NCBI GenBank assembly: GCA_963754085.1
Contig: CAVWFA010000003.1
Coordinates: 135,854-199,853, forward strand
Length of the DNA stretch: 64,000 nucleotides
Direction: 5' to 3'
DNA from: Candidatus Aminicenantes bacterium
GTDB taxonomy: Bacteria; Acidobacteriota; Aminicenantia; Aminicenantales; Saccharicenantaceae
Shown: piece by piece, positions 52,734-63,289 of the stretch
Position numbering within the stretch: the stretch's first letter is position 1
Layout of the letters: every line of letters begins with the position of its first letter
Made by a program: the position numbers and the translations under genes
Notes under the pieces: model-generated
Database searches by the model: none
Told to the model about the DNA's origin: nothing
The model's input: the letters and a program-made list of their open reading frames with translations, nothing else

Positions 52734-53600
52734 ATGGCGACCGTGATCGGCGACCTGGGACGGGAGAGGAAGCCGCCTCTCTTCGCCCGCCGCCCGTTGC
52801 TCCGGCCGGGCGACAAGGCCCTGGTCCTCCGGAAGAACAGGCGCCGGCGCGCCTTCGGGCCCCGGCACGTGCTGGCCCTGCTGGCGCTCCAGGCCTTGTT
52901 CTTCGCCGGCGTCCGCGAGGCCGCCCTCTTCGTCATCACCTGGGACGAGCTGGCCATCCGCAAGGTCCAGATCGTCTGCGCCAAAGACAGCCTGCGGCGG
53001 ACGCTCGAGACCTACTACGCCGTGCCGCGCCTGGGCAACATCCTCCTCTGCGACCTCGAGGCCGTGCGGGCTCAGGTCCGGCGGCTGGCCTGGGTCAAGG
53101 ACGCCAGTGTCCAGAAGATCTTCCCTTCGACGCTTCGCATCACGGTCGTCGAGCGGGCGCCCTTCGCCCTGCTCGAGCGGAACGGCCTGGGCCTGGCGGA
53201 CGATGAGGGGCACGTCCTCGAGCCGGTTGATTCTCTCGATGAATACAAGCTGCCGGTCGTCTCCGACGAGACCGGCTTCGCCTCCGGATTCACCGACAAG
53301 TGGGACGCCGCCCGCCGCTGTTTCCGGAGCCTGCCCCCGGCCGAGAAGGACCGGCTCCTCGGCCTCCGCTGCAGCGACTACGGGACGCTCGAGCTGGCCT
53401 TCAAGGACGATCCCGTGAGGATCGTGGTGGGCACGACGGCGCCGGCGGACGAGCTGGCCGTGTTCCGGGCCCGGCGGGCCGGGTGGGAGGGCCGTTTCGG
53501 CCCGCTCGCGCTCGCCAACCTGAGCTTCGGCGGCCGGGTCTACCTGACGCCCGCCGCGCCGGCCGAAGACGACTCCGCCCAACCCGAAAAAGGAGACTGA
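52734..53600 (+). CDS. ftsQ: cell division protein FtsQ (POTRA domain)
   Basis: 288 aa. One TM helix followed by POTRA/FtsQ-type domains. Position between murC and ftsA. Confidence 0.85.
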   Translation: MATVIGDLGRERKPPLFARRPLLRPGDKALVLRKNRRRRAFGPRHVLALLALQALFFAGVREAALFVITWDELAIRKVQIVCAKDSLRRTLETYYAVPRLGNILLCDLEAVRAQVRRLAWVKDASVQKIFPSTLRITVVERAPFALLERNGLGLADDEGHVLEPVDSLDEYKLPVVSDETGFASGFTDKWDAARRCFRSLPPAEKDRLLGLRCSDYGTLELAFKDDPVRIVVGTTAPADELAVFRARRAGWEGRFGPLALANLSFGGRVYLTPAAPAEDDSAQPEKGD

Positions 53601-53603
53601 GCC

Positions 53604-54827
53604 ATGCCCAAGAACAACTACATCGTCGGCTTCGACATCGGGACGCGCAAGGTCGTGGCCGTCATCGGCGAGGTCACCGAGGAGCGCAAGATCGAGATCA
53701 TCGGCATCGGCACGGCCGACTCCCACGGCCTGCGCAAGGGCGTCGTCGTCGACCTCGACGCCACGACCAAGGCCATCAAGAAGGCCCAGGAAGAGGCCGA
53801 GCTCATGGCCGGCGTCGAGGTCGACTCGGCCTTCTTCGGCATCTCCGGGGCCCACATCAAGAGCTTCAACAGCCGCGGCGTCGTCGCCGTCTCGGGCAAG
53901 AACCGGGAGATCACCCGGGAGGACGTGCGGCGCGTCGTCGACCAGTCCAAGGCCATCCCCATTCCCCCCGACCGGGACATCATCCACATCATCCCCCAGG
54001 AGTTCATCGTCGACGACCAGGACGGCATCAAGGACCCGGTCGGCATGAGCGGCATCAAGCTCGAGGTCAACGTCCACATCATCACGGCCGCCCTGACCTC
54101 CCTCCAGAACCTCAGGAGCTGCGTCGAGCGGGCCGGCATCGGCGTCGAGGAGATCGTCCTCAACCAGATCGCCACGGCCCAGTCCGTCCTGACCCAGGAC
54201 GAGCGCGAGCTCGGCGTCGGCCAGATCGACATCGGGGCCGGCACGACCGAGGTGGCCATCTACGAGCGCGGCAGCCTCTGGTACACGGCGACCATCCCCA
54301 TCGGCGGCGACAACTTCACCAACGACATCGCCGTCGGCCTGCGCACGCCCATCCCCGAGGCCGAGCGGATCAAGAAGAAGTTCGGCTGCATCGCCGGGCC
54401 GCCCGTCGAGGACCAGGAGACGATCGAGGTGCCCTCGGTCGGCAAGGGCCGCAAGCCCCGGGTCCTGTCGCGCCAGCTCCTGGCCGACATCATCCAGCCC
54501 CGGGCCGAGGAGATCTTCCGTCTCGTCGATTCCGACATCAAGCGCATGGGCTACGACAAGTCGCTGAACTCCGGCGTCGTGCTGACCGGCGGCACGGCCC
54601 TCCTCGAGGGACTCGAAGAGGTGGCCGAGGAGATCTTCGACCTGCCGGTCCGCCGCGGAGATCCGGGCGGCGTCGGCGGCCTGGTCGACCGGGTCTCGAC
54701 CCCCGACTTCGCCACGGCCGTAGGGCTCATCCTCTACGGTTTTCACATCTGGCAGGATCGCGGTCTGGCCAAAGACCGGAAAAAGGGCGCTTTCGCCAGG
54801 TTCAAAGACTGGTTCAGGGAAGGATAA
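53604..54827 (+). CDS. ftsA: cell division protein FtsA
   Basis: 407 aa actin-like ATPase ([30 protein letters not shown]). Confidence 0.95.
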   Translation: MPKNNYIVGFDIGTRKVVAVIGEVTEERKIEIIGIGTADSHGLRKGVVVDLDATTKAIKKAQEEAELMAGVEVDSAFFGISGAHIKSFNSRGVVAVSGKNREITREDVRRVVDQSKAIPIPPDRDIIHIIPQEFIVDDQDGIKDPVGMSGIKLEVNVHIITAALTSLQNLRSCVERAGIGVEEIVLNQIATAQSVLTQDERELGVGQIDIGAGTTEVAIYERGSLWYTATIPIGGDNFTNDIAVGLRTPIPEAERIKKKFGCIAGPPVEDQETIEVPSVGKGRKPRVLSRQLLADIIQPRAEEIFRLVDSDIKRMGYDKSLNSGVVLTGGTALLEGLEEVAEEIFDLPVRRGDPGGVGGLVDRVSTPDFATAVGLILYGFHIWQDRGLAKDRKKGAFARFKDWFREG

Positions 54828-54837
54828 GGAGGAACTC

Positions 54838-56076
54838 ATGAGCGAAGATTCCAGCCGGCTGAAATTCCACCTGGTCGAGGACCACGTCGGGGCCAAGATC
54901 AAGGTCATCGGCCTCGGCGGCGGCGGGGGCAACGCCGTCAACCGGATGATCGAGCACGGCGTCCAGGGCGTCGAGTTCATCGCCGTCAATACCGATCTCC
55001 AGGCCCTCAACAGCAACCGGGCCCGGATGAAGGTCACCATCGGCCAGCAGCTGACCAAGGGCCTCGGCTCCGGCGGCCGGCCCGAGACCGGGCGCCAGGC
55101 GGCCATGGAGGACACGGAGAAGCTCCTCGAGCTCCTCCAAGGCGCCGACATGGTCTTCCTGACGACGGGCCTCGGCGGCGGCACGGGCACGGGCGCGACC
55201 CCGATCATCGCCAACATCGCCGCCGAGCTCGACATCCTCGTCATCGCCATCGTCACCCTGCCCTTCGGATTCGAGGGCCGGGTCCGGATGCGGCAGGCCC
55301 AGGAAGGGCTCAAGGAGCTCAAGTCGGCCGTGGACACGGTCATCGCCATCCCCAACGAGCGGCTCCTGCAGACGGTCAACCTCAACACCTCGGTCCAGGA
55401 CGCCTTCCGTCTGGCCGACGACATCCTCCGCCAGGCCGCCCAGGGCATCTCCGACCTCATCACGAAGCCGGGCCTCATCAACCTCGATTTCGCCGACGTC
55501 AAGTCGGTCATGAAGGGCATGGGCATGGCCTTCATGGGCACGGGCCTGGCTTCGGGCGAGGGCCGGGCCCTCGAAGCGGCCGAGAAGGCCATCTCCTCCC
55601 CGCTCCTCATCGACACCTCGATCGAGGGCGCCCACGGCGTCCTCATCAATATCACGGGCGGCCGGACGATGACTCTGCACGAGGTCTCCAAGGCCTCCCA
55701 GCTCATCCACAGCCTGGCCGACCCGGACGCCAACATCATCTTCGGCACGGTCATCGACGAGAGCATGAAGGACACGGTCAAGGTCACGGTCATCGCCACC
55801 GGCTTCGACCAGCCGGTCGAGAAGATCGCGGCCGCGCCGACGCCGGTGCCGGTCGCGTCCGCCGACCCCGCCGCACGCCCGGCCCGCAAGACGCCGCCCC
55901 CCTTCCCCGTCCAGGCGCAGACCCCGCCCTACCTCTTCGAGGGCCGCGGCAACGGAGGCCCCGTCTGGGAGCCGTCCGCGTCCTGCGACAAGCAATGGGA
56001 GCCCTTCGAGACGCCGGCCTTCATCCGCCGGACCAAGCACTCGACGTTGAGGAAGACGCCCCATGAGATCAGCTGA
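54838..56076 (+). CDS. ftsZ: cell division protein FtsZ
   Basis: 412 aa. Tubulin signature [12 protein letters not shown] and a conserved C-terminal peptide (FETPAFIRR). Confidence 0.97.
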   Translation: MSEDSSRLKFHLVEDHVGAKIKVIGLGGGGGNAVNRMIEHGVQGVEFIAVNTDLQALNSNRARMKVTIGQQLTKGLGSGGRPETGRQAAMEDTEKLLELLQGADMVFLTTGLGGGTGTGATPIIANIAAELDILVIAIVTLPFGFEGRVRMRQAQEGLKELKSAVDTVIAIPNERLLQTVNLNTSVQDAFRLADDILRQAAQGISDLITKPGLINLDFADVKSVMKGMGMAFMGTGLASGEGRALEAAEKAISSPLLIDTSIEGAHGVLINITGGRTMTLHEVSKASQLIHSLADPDANIIFGTVIDESMKDTVKVTVIATGFDQPVEKIAAAPTPVPVASADPAARPARKTPPPFPVQAQTPPYLFEGRGNGGPVWEPSASCDKQWEPFETPAFIRRTKHSTLRKTPHEIS

Positions 56077-57340
56077 TCTCGTCGTCGCCGGCTGCCGCGA
56101 GCTCGTGACCTGCGCCGGGCCCCTGCCCCGGCGCGGCCGGGCCATGCGGCAGATCGGCGCCGTCGAGAACGGCTGGGTGGCCTCGTTCAAGGGCATCATC
56201 ACCTTCGCCGGGACTGAGGACGACTTCCACGCCCAGGTCGCGCCGGAGCCCGGCGCCGTGACGATGGACGCCCGGGGCCTGATGGCCATGCCCGGCTTCG
56301 TCGATGCCCATACCCATCTCCCCTTCGCGGGGGACCGGGCCCGGGAATTCGGACTGAGGATCCAGGGCTGGACCTACCAGCAGCTGGCCGAGCGGGGCAT
56401 GGGCATCCAGACGACGGTCAAGGCGACCCGGGCGGCCAGCCTCGATGACCTGCTGGCCCTGTCGCTTCGGAGGCTCGATCGCATGCTCCTCTCGGGCACG
56501 ACGACCGTCGAGGCCAAGAGCGGCTACGGGCTCAATCTCGAGGACGAGATCAAGCAGCTCGAGTGCCTGCGCGACCTGGCCGCCCTGCACCCCGTCGACA
56601 TCGTCCCGACCTTCATGGGCGCCCACGACATTCCGCCCGAGTACCGCGAGCGCCGCGGCGAGTACGTCCGCCTGCTCGTCGACACGCTCATCCCCGAAGT
56701 GCGCGAGCGGGGCCTGGCCGAGTTCTTCGACGTCTTCTGCGAGCCGAGCGCCTTCTCGCTCGAGGAGACGCGGACGCTCGCGGCCGCGGCCAAGGCCGCC
56801 GGCTTCAAGGTCAAGATCCACGCCGACGAGTTCGTGACGCTCGGGGGCGCCGAGCTCGCGGCCGAGATCGGGGCGGCCTCGGCCGAGCATCTCATCGCCG
56901 TCTCCGACGAGGGCATCGCCCGCCTGGCGGTGAGCGGCACCGCGGCCATCCTCCTGCCCGGCGTGTCGTTCTTCCTGATGATGGACAAGAAGGCGCCGGC
57001 CCGGCGCCTCATCGACGGCGGGGCGGCCGTCGCCCTGGCCTCCGATTTCAATCCGGGGAGCTCCCACATCAACGCCATGCCGTTCATCCTCCAATTGGGG
57101 GTCTTCACCTTGGGGATGACGGTCGAGGAAGCGGTCATGGCCACGACCGGGAACGCGGCCTATGCCCTGGGACGGCACGAGTCCGTGGGCAGCCTGGAAC
57201 CCGGGAAGAAGATGGATCTCCTGCTCTGCGACGTCCCGGATCACGTCTCGCTGGCTTACGAGGCCGGGCGGAACCCCGTCCGGACCGTGATCAAGAACGG
57301 CCGGATCGTCGTCGAGGACGGCCGCAGGAGCCCGCGCTGA
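56063..57340 (+). CDS. hutI: imidazolonepropionase-like amidohydrolase
   Basis: 425 aa. [25 protein letters not shown] and ASDFNPGS motifs typical of HutI. The start overlaps the ftsZ stop by 14 nt. Confidence 0.8.
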   Translation: MRSADLVVAGCRELVTCAGPLPRRGRAMRQIGAVENGWVASFKGIITFAGTEDDFHAQVAPEPGAVTMDARGLMAMPGFVDAHTHLPFAGDRAREFGLRIQGWTYQQLAERGMGIQTTVKATRAASLDDLLALSLRRLDRMLLSGTTTVEAKSGYGLNLEDEIKQLECLRDLAALHPVDIVPTFMGAHDIPPEYRERRGEYVRLLVDTLIPEVRERGLAEFFDVFCEPSAFSLEETRTLAAAAKAAGFKVKIHADEFVTLGGAELAAEIGAASAEHLIAVSDEGIARLAVSGTAAILLPGVSFFLMMDKKAPARRLIDGGAAVALASDFNPGSSHINAMPFILQLGVFTLGMTVEEAVMATTGNAAYALGRHESVGSLEPGKKMDLLLCDVPDHVSLAYEAGRNPVRTVIKNGRIVVEDGRRSPR

Positions 57341-57517
57341 TCTCCCCCCGAACAGGCCCTTCGCCTCGTCAAACCCATGCGTTCAGGGCCAGTACTGCGC
57401 GGCGCTTCTTGGTGGGGCGCATCGCCCGAGACGTTTGCCGCGAACGTATGAACCCCCGCCTCTACGTCCTGCGCCTGGCCTGGCTCGGCCGGCGGACGGC
57501 CTATTCGCCGCTCGCGC

Positions 57518-57952
57518 TCAATCCCCGTCCGGCTCAAGGGCGAGCTTCATCAGGCCGGTGGCCGCGTCCCTCGTGCGGCCGATATCGTCCCTGAACCGGA
57601 CCAGCGTGACCTCGCAGGTCACCAGGACCCTCGCCTCTTTCAAATGCCCGCCCCTGACGGCGAACGTGTCGTCGCCGAGCGCGATGTGGGCGTGGAGGAA
57701 GGGCTTGCCGTCGACCGTGGTGATGTTGCCGTAAAGGGAGACGATCTCGGAGGGGCCGGGGACCGTGGTCCAATCGTAAGCGTTGCGGGCCGGATCGAAG
57801 CGGCCGATCTCGGCCTCGCCGACGGCGCCCAGGCCGTGGAAATACCCGCCGCCGATCGCGTCGCGCTCGCAGAGCGCCTTCAGCGTCTCGACGATCCTCT
57901 CGCCGGCGTCGAGCCGGACGATGTAGGTCCCCCCCAACACAAAATATTTCAT
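57518..57952 (-). CDS. PPC (DUF296) domain protein
   Basis: 144 aa. G.GA...A.I, G.I....G.P..H.H..L pattern of the PPC/DUF296 fold. Confidence 0.75.
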   Translation of the reverse strand: MKYFVLGGTYIVRLDAGERIVETLKALCERDAIGGGYFHGLGAVGEAEIGRFDPARNAYDWTTVPGPSEIVSLYGNITTVDGKPFLHAHIALGDDTFAVRGGHLKEARVLVTCEVTLVRFRDDIGRTRDAATGLMKLALEPDGD

Positions 57953-57993
57953 CGGGGCCTCCCGTTCTGCCCGGGCCGACGGTAATCGAATAA

Positions 57994-58008
57994 GGGGACT
58001 GTCCCTCT
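57994..58008. repeat. single REP-like unit GGGGACTGTCCCTCT (reverse complement of AGAGGGACAGTCCCC)
   Basis: Exact 15-mer match to the units at 30426, 30444 and 32931. Intergenic, between the permease stop and the PPC gene start. Confidence 0.6.
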
Positions 58009-58013
58009 TCTTT

Positions 58014-59392
58014 TTAAGCCTTCGGGGCCTTGTCGAGCTTCCCCTTCCAGTACAGGTAAGCGGGAATGCCCAGGCAGATGATGAGCAGCCCGAACATGGC
58101 GTTCCGGAAGGAGCTCAAGAGCGACCCCACCGCGACATAAACGGCGGCCAGGACAAAGAGGATCGGTGTCACCGGGTATCCCCAGGTCTTGTAGGGCCGC
58201 TCGAGGGCCGGCCTCTTCTTGCGCAGGACGATGACCGCGGCCACGGTCATGCCGAAGAAGATCCATTCGCCGAAGATGACGTAGGTGAAGAGCTGCTTGA
58301 ACGTCCCGGTCAGGGTCAGCAGGATGGACCAGACGGTGATGGCTACGATGGCGACATGCGGGGTCAGGAACTTGGGATGGCACTCGGCGATCTTCTTGAA
58401 GAACATGCCGTCGCGGGCCATGGCGAAGTAGACCCGCGGCGAGGTCAGCATGTTCTGGTTGGCGGCACCGAGGATGGAGAAGAGGATGAGGAAGGTGATG
58501 AGCGAGGCCAGGAACGGGCCGCCGATGATCTGCATGACGTCGAGCGCCACCCGGCCTTCGGAGGTCGCGATCTTGCCGACGGGCAGGATGTAGAGATAGG
58601 CCAGGTTGGCCAGGATGTAAAAGACGATCACGGACACCGTGCCGATGAGGATGCCGAGGGGCAGGTTCTTCTTCGGGTTCTTGACCTCGCCGGCGCTGTA
58701 GGTCGCCGCCTCCCAGCCCTTATAGGCCCAGAGGGACGCGACCAGGCCGACCCCGAAGGCGCCCAAGAGCGGCAAAGTGAAGGGGCCGGAGCTGGGCTCG
58801 ACGAAGTTGCGGACAGCGCCGTGTCCCTTGGCGAAGAAGACGACGGCGCCGACGATGATGGCGATGGCCCCGGTCTTGAGGTAGGTCGTCCAGTTCTGGA
58901 GCCGGGAGCCCCATCGAGGCCGACGTAGTTGACGGCCCCCAGGAAGGCGACGAAGGCTGCGGCGACGAGCTTTTTCACGAGCGGCGTCATCTCGACGAAG
59001 CGCGGCAGGATGTTGTGGGAAAAGGCCACGGCCAGTGTCGCGATCGAGCCCGAGTCGATGACCAGGAAGAGGGTCCAGCCGAAGAGGAACGAGATCAGCG
59101 GACCGTAGGCTTCCCGGAGGTAGACATAGATGCCGCCGGCTTCGGGCATGGCCGCGCCGAGCTCGGCGAAGGCCACGGCCCCGAAGAAGCTGAACATGCC
59201 GCCGATGACCCAGACCGCGAGCATCAGGAGCGGGGCGGGAACGGCCGCGGCGATCTCGGACGGGGACAGGAAGATGCCCGAGCCGACGACGCCGCCGATG
59301 ACGATCATGACGACGTCCCAGAGGCTCAGGATGCGGGGCAGGGCGATCTTGGTCTTGTCGACGGCCGGACAGGCCTGAACGTTTTGTTCCAT
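58014..59392 (-). CDS. APC-family amino acid permease, frame broken by a 1-nt deletion near 58905-58925
   Basis: ORF 58628..59461 gives the N-terminal half (start MEQNVQ preferred, GGAG 9 nt upstream) up to ..AVNYVG. ORF 58014..58775 gives the C-terminal half. The frame of the latter reads RWGSRLQNWTTYLKTGAIAIIVG upstream of its first Met. Length is 1379 nt, which is 3n-1. Confidence 0.85.
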
Positions 59393-59555
59393 GAGGTTCA
59401 TCTCCTTCCGAACGTCGGTGGCGTTCCGGGGCATTCTAGCAAGAGCCGGAACAAAGAGCAATCGAAAGAAGACTGGATCGGATAGGCCCGCATGGGGAAA
59501 ACGGGGCTACCTGATCCTGCCCTTCGCCGAGCCTCAGGACTGGCTGAAACGATAG

Positions 59556-61076
59556 CTATCTCAGCCGGTCCATCATGCGGTACTGGACGGCCTCGGAGAC
59601 GTGGGGCGTCGCGATCCCCTCGCTTCCTTCGAGGTCGGCGATGGTCCGGGCCACTTTGAGGACGCGGTCGTAGGCCCGGGCGCTGAAGCCGAGCTTCGTG
59701 ACGGCCATCTCCAGGAGCCGCTCGGCCTCGGGAGGCAGCGGGCAGAACTGTTTGACCTCCTTCGGCCCCATCTGCGCGTTGGCGAAGACGCGCCGGCCAG
59801 CGAAGCGCCCGGTCTGGATCCGCCGGGCCGCCGTCACCCGGGCCCGGATGGCCGCCGAGCTCTCGGCAGGCGTGCGCGAGACGATGTCGCGGAACTTGAC
59901 CTCGGGCACCTCGAGCTGGATGTCGATGCGGTCGAGGAGCGGCCCGGAGATCTTGGCGTAATAGCGGGCCTTCTCGCCGTCCGTGCAGTCGGCCTCCCGG
60001 CCCAGCAGGCCGCGGCGGACGTCGGCGCACGGATTCATGGCCGCGACCAGCATGAACGCCGACGGGAAGACGACGGAGTAGCCCGACCGGACCACCGTGA
60101 TCCGGCCGTCCTCGACCGGCTGACGCAGGTCCTCGAGGACCTTGCGCTTGAACTCGGGCAGCTCGTCGAGGAAGAGCAGGCCATGGTGGGCCAGGCTGAC
60201 CTCGCCCGGCTTGGGCACCATCCCGCCGCCGACAAGGCCGGCGTCCGAGACCGTGTGGTGCGGGGCCCGGAAGGGCCGCGTCCCGACCGGGCCGGAGCCG
60301 GCGAGCAGCCCGGCGGCGCTGTAGACGCGCGTCACCTCGAGCATCTCGTCATAGGACATGTCCGGCAGGATGGACGGCAGGCGCCGGGCCAGCATGGTCT
60401 TCCCCGCCCCGGGGGGGCCGACCAGCAGGACGTTGTGCGCGCCGGCGGCCGCGACCTCGAGGGCCCTTTTCGCGTGCTGCTGGCCCTTGACGTCCTCGAA
60501 ATCGACCGCGTAGTCGGCCGGCCCGACGAGCTCCGCCTCCTCGAAGCGGCAGGGGGCCACCGCCTGCGGCTCGCGGAGAAGGCGGACGACCCGGACGATG
60601 TCCTCGAGGGCGTAGACGTCGAGGCCGCGGACGAGCGCGGCCTCGCGCGCGTTGGCCCCGGGCACGACCAGGCCGCGGAAGCCGCGCTCGCGGGCCGTCA
60701 GGGCGATGGGCAGGGCGCCGCGGACGGGCTTGAGCCGCCCGTCGAGGGCCAGCTCGCCGACGAAGAGGTGGTCGCGCAGGCGAGCCGCCGGCACGACTTC
60801 AAGGAAGGCCAGGAAGCCCAGGGCGATGGGCAGGTCGAAGGCCGAGCCCTCCTTCCGCCGGTCGGCCGGGGCCAGGTTGATGGTGACGCGCTTGGACTCG
60901 AGGTCGTAGCCGCAGTTCTTGAGGGCGGCCCGGACCCGCTCCTTGCTCTCCCGGACCGCGGCGTCGGGCAGGCCGACCGTGACGAAGGTCGGGAAGCCGG
61001 CCGAGATGTCGACTTCGACCTCGACGGGATAGGCCTCGATCCCGTGGAGAGCGGCGCTCGTGATCTTGAACAGCAT
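59556..61076 (-). CDS. comM: YifB/ComM family Mg-chelatase-like ATPase
   Basis: 506 aa. Lon-protease-like N-domain and an AAA+ core (GPPGAGKTM, LFLDELPEF). Confidence 0.9.
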   Translation of the reverse strand: MLFKITSAALHGIEAYPVEVEVDISAGFPTFVTVGLPDAAVRESKERVRAALKNCGYDLESKRVTINLAPADRRKEGSAFDLPIALGFLAFLEVVPAARLRDHLFVGELALDGRLKPVRGALPIALTARERGFRGLVVPGANAREAALVRGLDVYALEDIVRVVRLLREPQAVAPCRFEEAELVGPADYAVDFEDVKGQQHAKRALEVAAAGAHNVLLVGPPGAGKTMLARRLPSILPDMSYDEMLEVTRVYSAAGLLAGSGPVGTRPFRAPHHTVSDAGLVGGGMVPKPGEVSLAHHGLLFLDELPEFKRKVLEDLRQPVEDGRITVVRSGYSVVFPSAFMLVAAMNPCADVRRGLLGREADCTDGEKARYYAKISGPLLDRIDIQLEVPEVKFRDIVSRTPAESSAAIRARVTAARRIQTGRFAGRRVFANAQMGPKEVKQFCPLPPEAERLLEMAVTKLGFSARAYDRVLKVARTIADLEGSEGIATPHVSEAVQYRMMDRLR

Positions 61077-61115
61077 GGCCCCGCTAAAGGAGACGACGGG
61101 GGCAGGGCCGGGATC

Positions 61116-61919
61116 TCAGCCGGGCGCGATTATTTGCCGATGTATTCCTTGGACAGCCGCTCGAGCTCGGCCTCGATCTCCTTGCGGGACTTGACCATGA
61201 TCCGCGTCGTGTGGCCGGTCGGCGCGTGGTACGGGGGCCGGGTCGCCCGCCGCAGGCGCTTCCGCGGCGGGCGGGGCGGGAAGAGGCGGCGCGAGCTCCG
61301 AAGCGTCGGGCTCGGATCGGGGTTTGACGCCGAAGAGCTTCTCGCGGACGATGGGCACGGTCAGCTTGGAGATCTCGCGCAGGGTCTCGAAGACGCCGAC
61401 GCCGTTGACGGCCGCGGCCTCGATCCAGGGCGCCCGGCGGGGATTGAGGAGGTTGTTGAACGTCTCGACCGGGATGAGATAGTTGAGGTCCCGCTTGTTG
61501 TACTGGAAAACGAGGGGGATCCTGGTCAGGTCGATGTCGTTCTGGAGGCAGTTGCGGCGCAGGCCGTCGAAGCTCTCCAAGTTGGCGTCGAGGAGCGGGA
61601 TCTGGGAGTCGGCGACGAAGACGAGGCCGTCCGCGCCGCGCAGGACGCTCTTGCGGGAGGCCTCGTAGAAGACCTGCCCGGGCGCCGAGATGAGCTGGAA
61701 GTGGACCTTGAACTCGCCGATGATGCCGGCCTTGATGGGCAGCAGGTCGAAGAAATAAGTCCGGTCGGTCTCGGTCTCGAGGGAGACGAGCTCGCCGCGC
61801 GAGGAGGGATCCAGCTTGTAGTAGATGTAGCGAAGGTTGGTCGTCTTGCCGCTCAGGCCCGGGCCGTAATAGACGATCTTGATGGCGATCGTCTTGGTGG
61901 CGTAATTGATGAACGGCAT
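61116..61919 (-). CDS. MglA-like Ras-superfamily small GTPase with a Pro/Ala-rich C-terminal extension
   Basis: Start MPFINY (in frame with ORF 61116..62033). It matches my recollection of Myxococcus MglA closely (INY....I..KIVYYGPGL.GKTTN, TETDRT.FFD.LP, PGQVFY.ASRK, VFVADSQ, QYNKRDL). The 3' end is uncertain (see findings). Confidence 0.8.
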   Translation of the reverse strand: MPFINYATKTIAIKIVYYGPGLSGKTTNLRYIYYKLDPSSRGELVSLETETDRTYFFDLLPIKAGIIGEFKVHFQLISAPGQVFYEASRKSVLRGADGLVFVADSQIPLLDANLESFDGLRRNCLQNDIDLTRIPLVFQYNKRDLNYLIPVETFNNLLNPRRAPWIEAAAVNGVGVFETLREISKLTVPIVREKLFGVKPRSEPDASELAPPLPAPPAAEAPAAGDPAPVPRADRPHDADHGQVPQGDRGRARAAVQGIHRQIIAPG

Positions 61920-62035
61920 GCGAGCTGCGACCTTGGGGGGTATTATGCAACAACGGCGGGGCGCCATCAAGTCCGGGGATCGGCCCCGCCCGGGCTGTGG
62001 TAAAATATGCCGGGAACGGACGGAAAGGACCACCC

Positions 62036-62503
62036 ATGAAAGACATCCGCCAGAGGATCCGGATCGCCGTCATCGGCGGCAGCCGGCCGGGCCGGCCAGC
62101 CGTCGAGGCCGCCCTCGAGGTCGGCCGCCTCATCGCCCGGGCCGGGGCCGTCGTCGTCTGCGGCGGGCTCGGCGGGGTCATGGAGGCGGCCTGCCGCGGG
62201 GCCCGGGAAGAGGGCGGCCTGGCCATCGGCATCCTGCCCGGCGCATCGCCGGCCGACGCCAATCCCTGGGTCGACGTGGCCGTCGCGACCGGCCTCGGCT
62301 ACACCCGCAACGCCCTCGTCGTCATGAACGCCGACGCCGTCATCGCGGTCGACGGCGAGTACGGCACGCTCTCCGAGATCGCCTACGGCAAGATCCACGG
62401 CAAAACGGTCGTCGGCCTCGGCACCTGGGAGGTCAAAGGGGTCGAGCCGGCGGCGACGCCGGAAGAGGCCGTCCGGATGGCCCTGGAGGGCCTGCGCCGC
62501 TGA
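62036..62503 (+). CDS. TIGR00725 / LOG-like Rossmann-fold protein
   Basis: Start MKDIRQR (in frame with ORF 61997..62503). IAVIGG, VVCGGLGGVMEAACRGA and GEYGTLSEIA motifs. Confidence 0.7.
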   Translation: MKDIRQRIRIAVIGGSRPGRPAVEAALEVGRLIARAGAVVVCGGLGGVMEAACRGAREEGGLAIGILPGASPADANPWVDVAVATGLGYTRNALVVMNADAVIAVDGEYGTLSEIAYGKIHGKTVVGLGTWEVKGVEPAATPEEAVRMALEGLRR

Positions 62504-62504
62504 A

Positions 62505-63251
62505 ATGAAGAACTACAAGCTCGTCCTCGGCTACGACGGCACCGATTTCCGCGGCTGGCAGCGCCAGCCGGACGGTCCGCGACAACCGGGTTGCCGGACC
62601 GTCCAGGGCGTCCTTGAAGAAGCGGTCCGGAAGATCACCGGGAAGAAGGTCGTCGTCCACGGCGCGGGCCGCACGGACGCCGGCGTCCATGCTCTCGGCC
62701 AGGTGGCCGGCTTCCAGGGCGCCTTCAAGCTTTCCGATGAGGTCCTGCTCCGGGCCCTCAACGCCGTGCTGCCCGAGGACGTCCGCGTCTTCTCGCTGGC
62801 CGAAGCGCCGCCGGACTTCCACGCCCGCAAGTCGGCCCGATCCAAGCTCTACCGCTACCGCATCGTCCTCTCGCCGCAGCCGAGCCCGCTCGACCGGCGC
62901 TTCGTCCTCCACTGGCCTTATCCCCTCGAGGTCGGACCGATGCGCGCGGCCGCCCGGCTCTTCGTCCGGACGGCCGACTTCACGGCGTTCTCGTCCAACC
63001 GCGATCGCTCCCCCGTCCGGACCGTGACCCGTTCCGGGCTGCGGCGGTCGGGAGACGAGCTCGTCTACACGATCGAGTCGGCCGGGTTCCTGCGTTATAT
63101 GGTCCGGACGATCGTCGGGACGCTCCTCGAGGTCGGGCGCGGGCGCATCGCCCCGGCCCGGATCGAAGAGATATTCCGGCTCAAGGACCGCTCGCTGGCC
63201 GGCGCGACGGCCGCGGCCAAGGGACTGACGCTCATCCGCGTCGACTACTGA
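62505..63251 (+). CDS. truA: tRNA pseudouridine(38-40) synthase
   Basis: 248 aa. YDGT.F.GWQRQ and GAGRTDAGVHALGQVA (catalytic Asp) motifs. Confidence 0.95.
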   Translation: MKNYKLVLGYDGTDFRGWQRQPDGPRQPGCRTVQGVLEEAVRKITGKKVVVHGAGRTDAGVHALGQVAGFQGAFKLSDEVLLRALNAVLPEDVRVFSLAEAPPDFHARKSARSKLYRYRIVLSPQPSPLDRRFVLHWPYPLEVGPMRAAARLFVRTADFTAFSSNRDRSPVRTVTRSGLRRSGDELVYTIESAGFLRYMVRTIVGTLLEVGRGRIAPARIEEIFRLKDRSLAGATAAAKGLTLIRVDY

Positions 63252-63289
63252 CCTGAATGATTCACAAAAACGCCCCATTCGTGAATGAT

